64,000 nucleotides of DNA, taken from Minisyncoccota bacterium. Lineage in GTDB: Bacteria > Patescibacteriota > Minisyncoccia > Minisyncoccales > JAGOPM01. The position numbers were made by a program, and so were the translations under genes. Below the pieces are notes generated by a model, which did no database searches, had not been told where the DNA came from, and was given only the letters and a program-made list of their open reading frames with translations. Shown one piece after another: positions 60,204 to 64,000 of the stretch; within the stretch, counting starts at the first letter, position 1, and each line of letters starts with the position of its first letter. Location: contig JBAZJI010000001.1 of the NCBI GenBank assembly GCA_041651395.1, positions 699,920 to 763,919 on the forward strand. The letters are read 5' to 3'.

Positions 60204-60764
60204 TTATTTTACTTGATAAATCCTCGTCGCTAACATTATGCTAAAAGGTTTTCCTGGAGTATCCACTGAAGAAAAATTAATTTCTGAAACATCGATGAGC
60301 CGCTCGGAATTGCCAATGGCCCGCAGAACATTGACTAAATATGAAAATTCTCCGCAAACTATTCCCATTTGGATATTATTAGATGAAGCGTCGCGTAAGG
60401 GGCTGGCTCCGCCGGTAATCATAAATTCTGGTAGTTTTTCTTCGCCGGAAACGGCAATGTTGGAAAGCTGGCAAGCGTTTAACTCAGCTAGCCTCTTGTA
60501 GTGACTATAAAGCTCAGGCAGAAAATTATTTTTAGGCAAAGCCCTCTCGATTTTTTCCAAATCACTTTTATCCTCCTCTCTGAGCCTTTGGAGGGCCTGT
60601 TGTTGCGTCAAATAATATTCGGAAGCAGTCTGTTTGTTTAGCTCCAATGTCTTTTTATTCTGCATCAGCTGGTTATATTCCATCACCAATGGATAAATGA
60701 CCATTTTCCCTAAGAGGGTCAATAGAAGCAGGCAGGCAAAAATTATAAAAATAGGTTGCTTCAT
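60204..60764 (-). CDS. pilO: PilO-like pilus assembly protein
   Basis: N-terminal TM followed by a coiled coil (YNQLMQNKKTLELNKQ). Position after pilN. Confidence 0.55.
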   Translation of the reverse strand: MKQPIFIIFACLLLLTLLGKMVIYPLVMEYNQLMQNKKTLELNKQTASEYYLTQQQALQRLREEDKSDLEKIERALPKNNFLPELYSHYKRLAELNACQLSNIAVSGEEKLPEFMITGGASPLRDASSNNIQMGIVCGEFSYLVNVLRAIGNSERLIDVSEINFSSVDTPGKPFSIMLATRIYQVK

Positions 60765-60765
60765 A

Positions 60766-61359
60766 TTATTGCTTGATATATTTAATTGCCGAGGGCTTTA
60801 CTCTAATAGAAAAGGTAAAGCCTACCTCGTCGGGCCCGCGCAACGCAAGGGATTCAAGCGAGACGCTTTCGATATCGGGATCCAACTGGAAAACCTTAAA
60901 TTGTTGCCCCACGGGCACAAAATCCTTGGCCCGACCGTCAATGACAATATTGCCCTTATCAAAGTCCCCACGAAAATTTGTAATCGAAACATCGGGCATT
61001 AAACCTCTTTTTAAGAAATCAAAGATATCGGCAGTCTTGCGGTGTCTCTTAAAAAGCTCGCCAAAAACTGCGATTTTTTTGATTTTTGTGCGCAGCTCGG
61101 CATCAGCGCTCTTCTGTTCGTCGACGGGAATTTTACCGAGTTCCTCATTGAGCTTGGCGTTTTCTTTCTCCAAACCCGTGATTAAAACAGTATTGGTGAA
61201 CGGAATACTCAAGCCCCTGTTCACAAATTGGAAATAGGCCGCCGCCCCCACGGCAACAATGACCAAAAAGATGGACAAAAAAGCCAACCCGTCCAAAAGA
61301 GGATTGCTCTTTTCTCTTTGCTTAGGTATCAAATTGGGCCTCAAAAAATTATTATCCAT
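60766..61359 (-). CDS. pilN: PilN-like pilus assembly protein
   Basis: N-terminal PNLIPKQ (the INLLP-type motif that docks PilM), TM, then a periplasmic-type domain. Confidence 0.65.
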   Translation of the reverse strand: MDNNFLRPNLIPKQREKSNPLLDGLAFLSIFLVIVAVGAAAYFQFVNRGLSIPFTNTVLITGLEKENAKLNEELGKIPVDEQKSADAELRTKIKKIAVFGELFKRHRKTADIFDFLKRGLMPDVSITNFRGDFDKGNIVIDGRAKDFVPVGQQFKVFQLDPDIESVSLESLALRGPDEVGFTFSIRVKPSAIKYIKQ

Positions 61360-61382
61360 TTTAAGTTTTTATTTAAGGTTCT

Positions 61383-62438
61383 TTATGATTCGGCAGCCTT
61401 TAAGGCTAGGCCGACAGCAATCGCAAATTGCGGACTAAGCTTTCGCAAATTCTCTTCCAATGATTTCGGATATCCTAAACCCATAAAGGCATTGGCAAAT
61501 TCCACACCCCCCTCCACGGGAAAATTTTTAACTATAAAATCCTTAAACCCGGGCATCTGGCTTAAGCCGCCAGCCAATAAAATCTTCTGCACCTGTTTTC
61601 CATTAACTCGCTGATAATCCTTGAAAAGCCTGCCAGTTTCCCCGGCAAAAACATTAAGAAGCGGCCTGGCCGATTGAAATATTTTGGAAGTCTCAGCTAT
61701 CCCCTGTTCTTCCTTGAGAGCCTCGATCTGAGCTGCATCTAAACCCAAATCCTTAGCCGCCTTGGCATTAATGGCGCCCGAGGAAAAGCTTAAGCTGTGC
61801 GAATCTTTTATCACGCCCCCCTCAATAATACTCACTGTTGTGCTCTTAGTGCCTACATCGATAACGCAAGAAACTGATTTGTCCCCCCGCATCAGAGCGC
61901 GAGCTAAAGGAAAAACTTCCGGCTCAAAACCGATTAATTTTATACCGGCTTTAGCGGCTACGCGCTGATATTGGTCGACAATTTCCTTAGTGATAGCAAT
62001 GGCCAAAATTTTATATTGACCAAGTTGCGGCGCTTTTGGATCTTTTGACTCTCCGATTATCTGCCAATCCAAAAATACATTATCTAAAGGTATCGGAATA
62101 TATTTTTTAGCTTCGTATTTGACCGCTTGCTCCATTTCTTTGGGCTTAAGAATGGGCATAGAGAAGGTTGTAAAAAATGTGGCAAAATCAGCCAAAGAAA
62201 AATAAGCCTCACGCGACTTTATCTGTGCTTCGGTAAGCAAAGCCAGTAGGGCTCGAGCAATATTATCCTCGGAGAGTATCAAGGCGTTGTTTTCAGCAGC
62301 AATAAAAGGCCTATCAAAATCCTTAAAAGAAATTTCGCCGTAGTTTTCCAATTTCCGACCAGACGAAATTTCAACCACGCGAATAGCTGAAGTACCTATA
62401 TCTACTCCCAGATATTTTTTTCCGAACAGTTGAAACAT
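61383..62438 (-). CDS. pilM: Type IV pilus assembly ATPase-like protein PilM (actin fold)
   Basis: LGVDIGTSAIRVVEI phosphate-1 motif, VIDVGTKSTT and ILLAGGLSQMPG. Confidence 0.85.
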   Translation of the reverse strand: MFQLFGKKYLGVDIGTSAIRVVEISSGRKLENYGEISFKDFDRPFIAAENNALILSEDNIARALLALLTEAQIKSREAYFSLADFATFFTTFSMPILKPKEMEQAVKYEAKKYIPIPLDNVFLDWQIIGESKDPKAPQLGQYKILAIAITKEIVDQYQRVAAKAGIKLIGFEPEVFPLARALMRGDKSVSCVIDVGTKSTTVSIIEGGVIKDSHSLSFSSGAINAKAAKDLGLDAAQIEALKEEQGIAETSKIFQSARPLLNVFAGETGRLFKDYQRVNGKQVQKILLAGGLSQMPGFKDFIVKNFPVEGGVEFANAFMGLGYPKSLEENLRKLSPQFAIAVGLALKAAES

Positions 62439-62497
62439 TTATATGGCTATTTACAATCTAATTATACACCAAGCTGCAAACTTATCCTAAGGTCAAT

Positions 62498-63211
62498 ATG
62501 TGGAAAACTGCAAAAATATTTTTAGAAGAGCTACTCTTTCCTAAAATCTGTATTGGCTGCGGCCGCCAAGGGCAATATTTTTGCGACGATTGCCTTTCGC
62601 TGGCCGAAATTTATGACTTGCAATATTGTCCTTACTGTTCCCCGCCCCGGCCTTTTTATGATGGCCGCGTCTGCCATAGCCATCATTCTAAAATCGATTC
62701 TATTTTTATCGCCAGTAGTTACAAAAATAATAATGTTAAAAAAGCGCTTCATCTTTTGAAATACGAACCTTGCTGCAAACTTTTAGCCAGAGATTTGGCA
62801 AAATTACTTTACTGGCATTTGCTCGCGTGCGGCAAAAAGCCCTCAGATTTTTCCGATTGCCTGCTTGCGCCCGTGCCTCTGCATGAAAAAAAGCTGCGCC
62901 GTCGTGGCTATAACCAAACTCAGGAAATAGCCAAAGAATTGGGTGACATGCTGCAAATTCCTTGCGAGGAAATTTTGCTAAAAATCAAAGAAAACAAAAG
63001 CCAAACCGAACTTAACCGCTTGGAGAGGATGCAAAATGTGGAGGGTTGTTATGCGCTAAATGAACATTGCTCGGCTAAAATCACGGGGAAAAATATTTTA
63101 CTTTTAGATGATATTTTTACAACCGGTGCCACTATGGAGGAATGCGCCAAAACCCTAAAAACCACTAAAGCCAAATCAGTTTGGGCAATAGCGGTTGCTC
63201 GAGAATTTTAA
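62498..63211 (+). CDS. comFC: ComF family protein (zinc finger plus phosphoribosyltransferase domain)
   Basis: CIGCGRQGQYFCDDC, CPYC, and PRTase loop ILLLDDIFTTGATM. Confidence 0.85.
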   Translation: MWKTAKIFLEELLFPKICIGCGRQGQYFCDDCLSLAEIYDLQYCPYCSPPRPFYDGRVCHSHHSKIDSIFIASSYKNNNVKKALHLLKYEPCCKLLARDLAKLLYWHLLACGKKPSDFSDCLLAPVPLHEKKLRRRGYNQTQEIAKELGDMLQIPCEEILLKIKENKSQTELNRLERMQNVEGCYALNEHCSAKITGKNILLLDDIFTTGATMEECAKTLKTTKAKSVWAIAVAREF

Positions 63212-64000
63212 TTATTCCACTTCCTCGGTAGCTGTAGCGATAGAGCTTGAAGCCGTAAATAAAGAAAGATCATAATTGCGCCTGAGCCAGCTTAAGATGC
63301 GCTGCGTATCATCTTTAAGAGAACTAGACCCCAATAAAACCACTGAAGCATAGCGGGCTTTTTTATATTTATCGGCAAACTTGAAAACAAACGTTCCGGT
63401 TCGGCCTGCCTCCTCGGTATAACCGATTTTTCCACCCAAAAAATCCGGATTGGCGGAAAAAATATTCTTATTTTTATAATCACTAATTTTTACATTAACA
63501 GCCCCGAAAGTTTCGGTCTTTTTACTGCGGGTTATTTTCAAAATCGGAGACATATTGTAAAGCAAATAACGGGACAAATAATAAATATCTTCAGCTGAAG
63601 ATTTTGTCTCCTTATCAAAACCCGTCACATCCTTAAATATGGTATTACGCATATCCATGGCGGCAGCTTTGTCATTCATAGCCTGAATCGTTTTGTCGCG
63701 GCCCATAAACTCAGCTAAAATTTCGGCCGCATCATTGGAGGACTCAATCAGCAATGGAAACAATAGCTCGATGACCCGAAATCTCTTCCCTGCTTCGAGA
63801 CCCTTGGTTTGGCCATAGCCCTGATCAACCATAGTCTTGGTAATTTGGATGCTCCGGCGTAAATCAACATTTTCCGCCACCACAACCGCAGTCATTAACT
63901 TAGCTAAAGAGGCCACTGAAACTTGGTCCTTAGCTCCCTTGGAGGCAAAAACAAAATCATTTTCAAAGTCGGCCACCACATATTTTTTAGCCGTGACTTT
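63212..64000 (-). CDS. D-alanyl-D-alanine carboxypeptidase (S11 penicillin-binding protein), 5' end beyond the window
   Basis: SxxK (VASLAKLMT), SxN (IESSNDAA), and KTG-like GGKIGYT. The frame stays open upstream of the track's GTG start through base 64000. Confidence 0.75.
   Translation of the reverse strand, partial: KVTAKKYVVADFENDFVFASKGAKDQVSVASLAKLMTAVVVAENVDLRRSIQITKTMVDQGYGQTKGLEAGKRFRVIELLFPLLIESSNDAAEILAEFMGRDKTIQAMNDKAAAMDMRNTIFKDVTGFDKETKSSAEDIYYLSRYLLYNMSPILKITRSKKTETFGAVNVKISDYKNKNIFSANPDFLGGKIGYTEEAGRTGTFVFKFADKYKKARYASVVLLGSSSLKDDTQRILSWLRRNYDLSLFTASSSIATATEEVE

Noticed and set aside
1-64000. Alternative genetic code (UGA recoding), as in some candidate phyla.
   Set aside because: rpoB, rpoC, ftsK, ligA, rnj and the other long genes are uninterrupted under the standard bacterial code and end at sensible positions.

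Overview
This 64-kb window is a very gene-dense bacterial chromosome segment. I call about 63 protein genes and one tRNA-Leu(CAG). I saw no rRNA, CRISPR array, transposase or integrase. The standard genetic code fits, because all long housekeeping ORFs are intact.

The organism looks like a streamlined Candidate Phyla Radiation/Patescibacteria-type bacterium. That is an inference from four things: gapless or overlapping operons, many membrane-anchored hypothetical proteins, a secretin-less type IV pilus with ComF, and an absence of biosynthetic pathways.

Recognisable core genes:
- rpoB-rpoC-ftsK-recA (48291 down to 38035, minus strand).
- A long minus-strand operon, pilM-N-O-x-pilB-T-C-pilA-pilD plus four minor pilins, then ligA and rodA/ftsW (62438 down to 48470).
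- rpsF-ssb-rpsR, rnj, secG, dinB, tgt, tsaC and a phosphohexomutase.

Less ordinary content:
- A locus at 28.3-34.4 kb holds three paralogous HAD-IIB-like proteins with oversized cap inserts. Two are membrane-anchored. The third is an 873-aa fusion with a possible Nudix/IDI-like C-terminal half. Homologous hairpin-rich REP-like repeats bracket the locus, and it lies next to a phosphomannomutase/phosphoglucomutase (PMM/PGM).
- A translationally coupled pair: a membrane-anchored CPHC thioredoxin-fold protein and a polytopic CPVC membrane protein. This may be a non-DsbB/VKOR disulfide relay.
- DUF763 is coupled to an ATP-cone/PD-(D/E)xK nuclease fusion behind tgt-tsaC.
- An EpmB-sized KamA-family aminomutase sits next to a CelD/FemAB-like GNAT.
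- A loosely packed accessory stretch (19.2-21.9 kb) carries small two-TM hairpin proteins and a patatin-like phospholipase.
- Also present: an acyl-ACP-reductase-like oxidoreductase, a stand-alone LigD 3'-phosphoesterase, and an AT-rich TTTGAAAT intergenic repeat family.

All functional calls rest on motifs read by eye from the translations. No database search was run.
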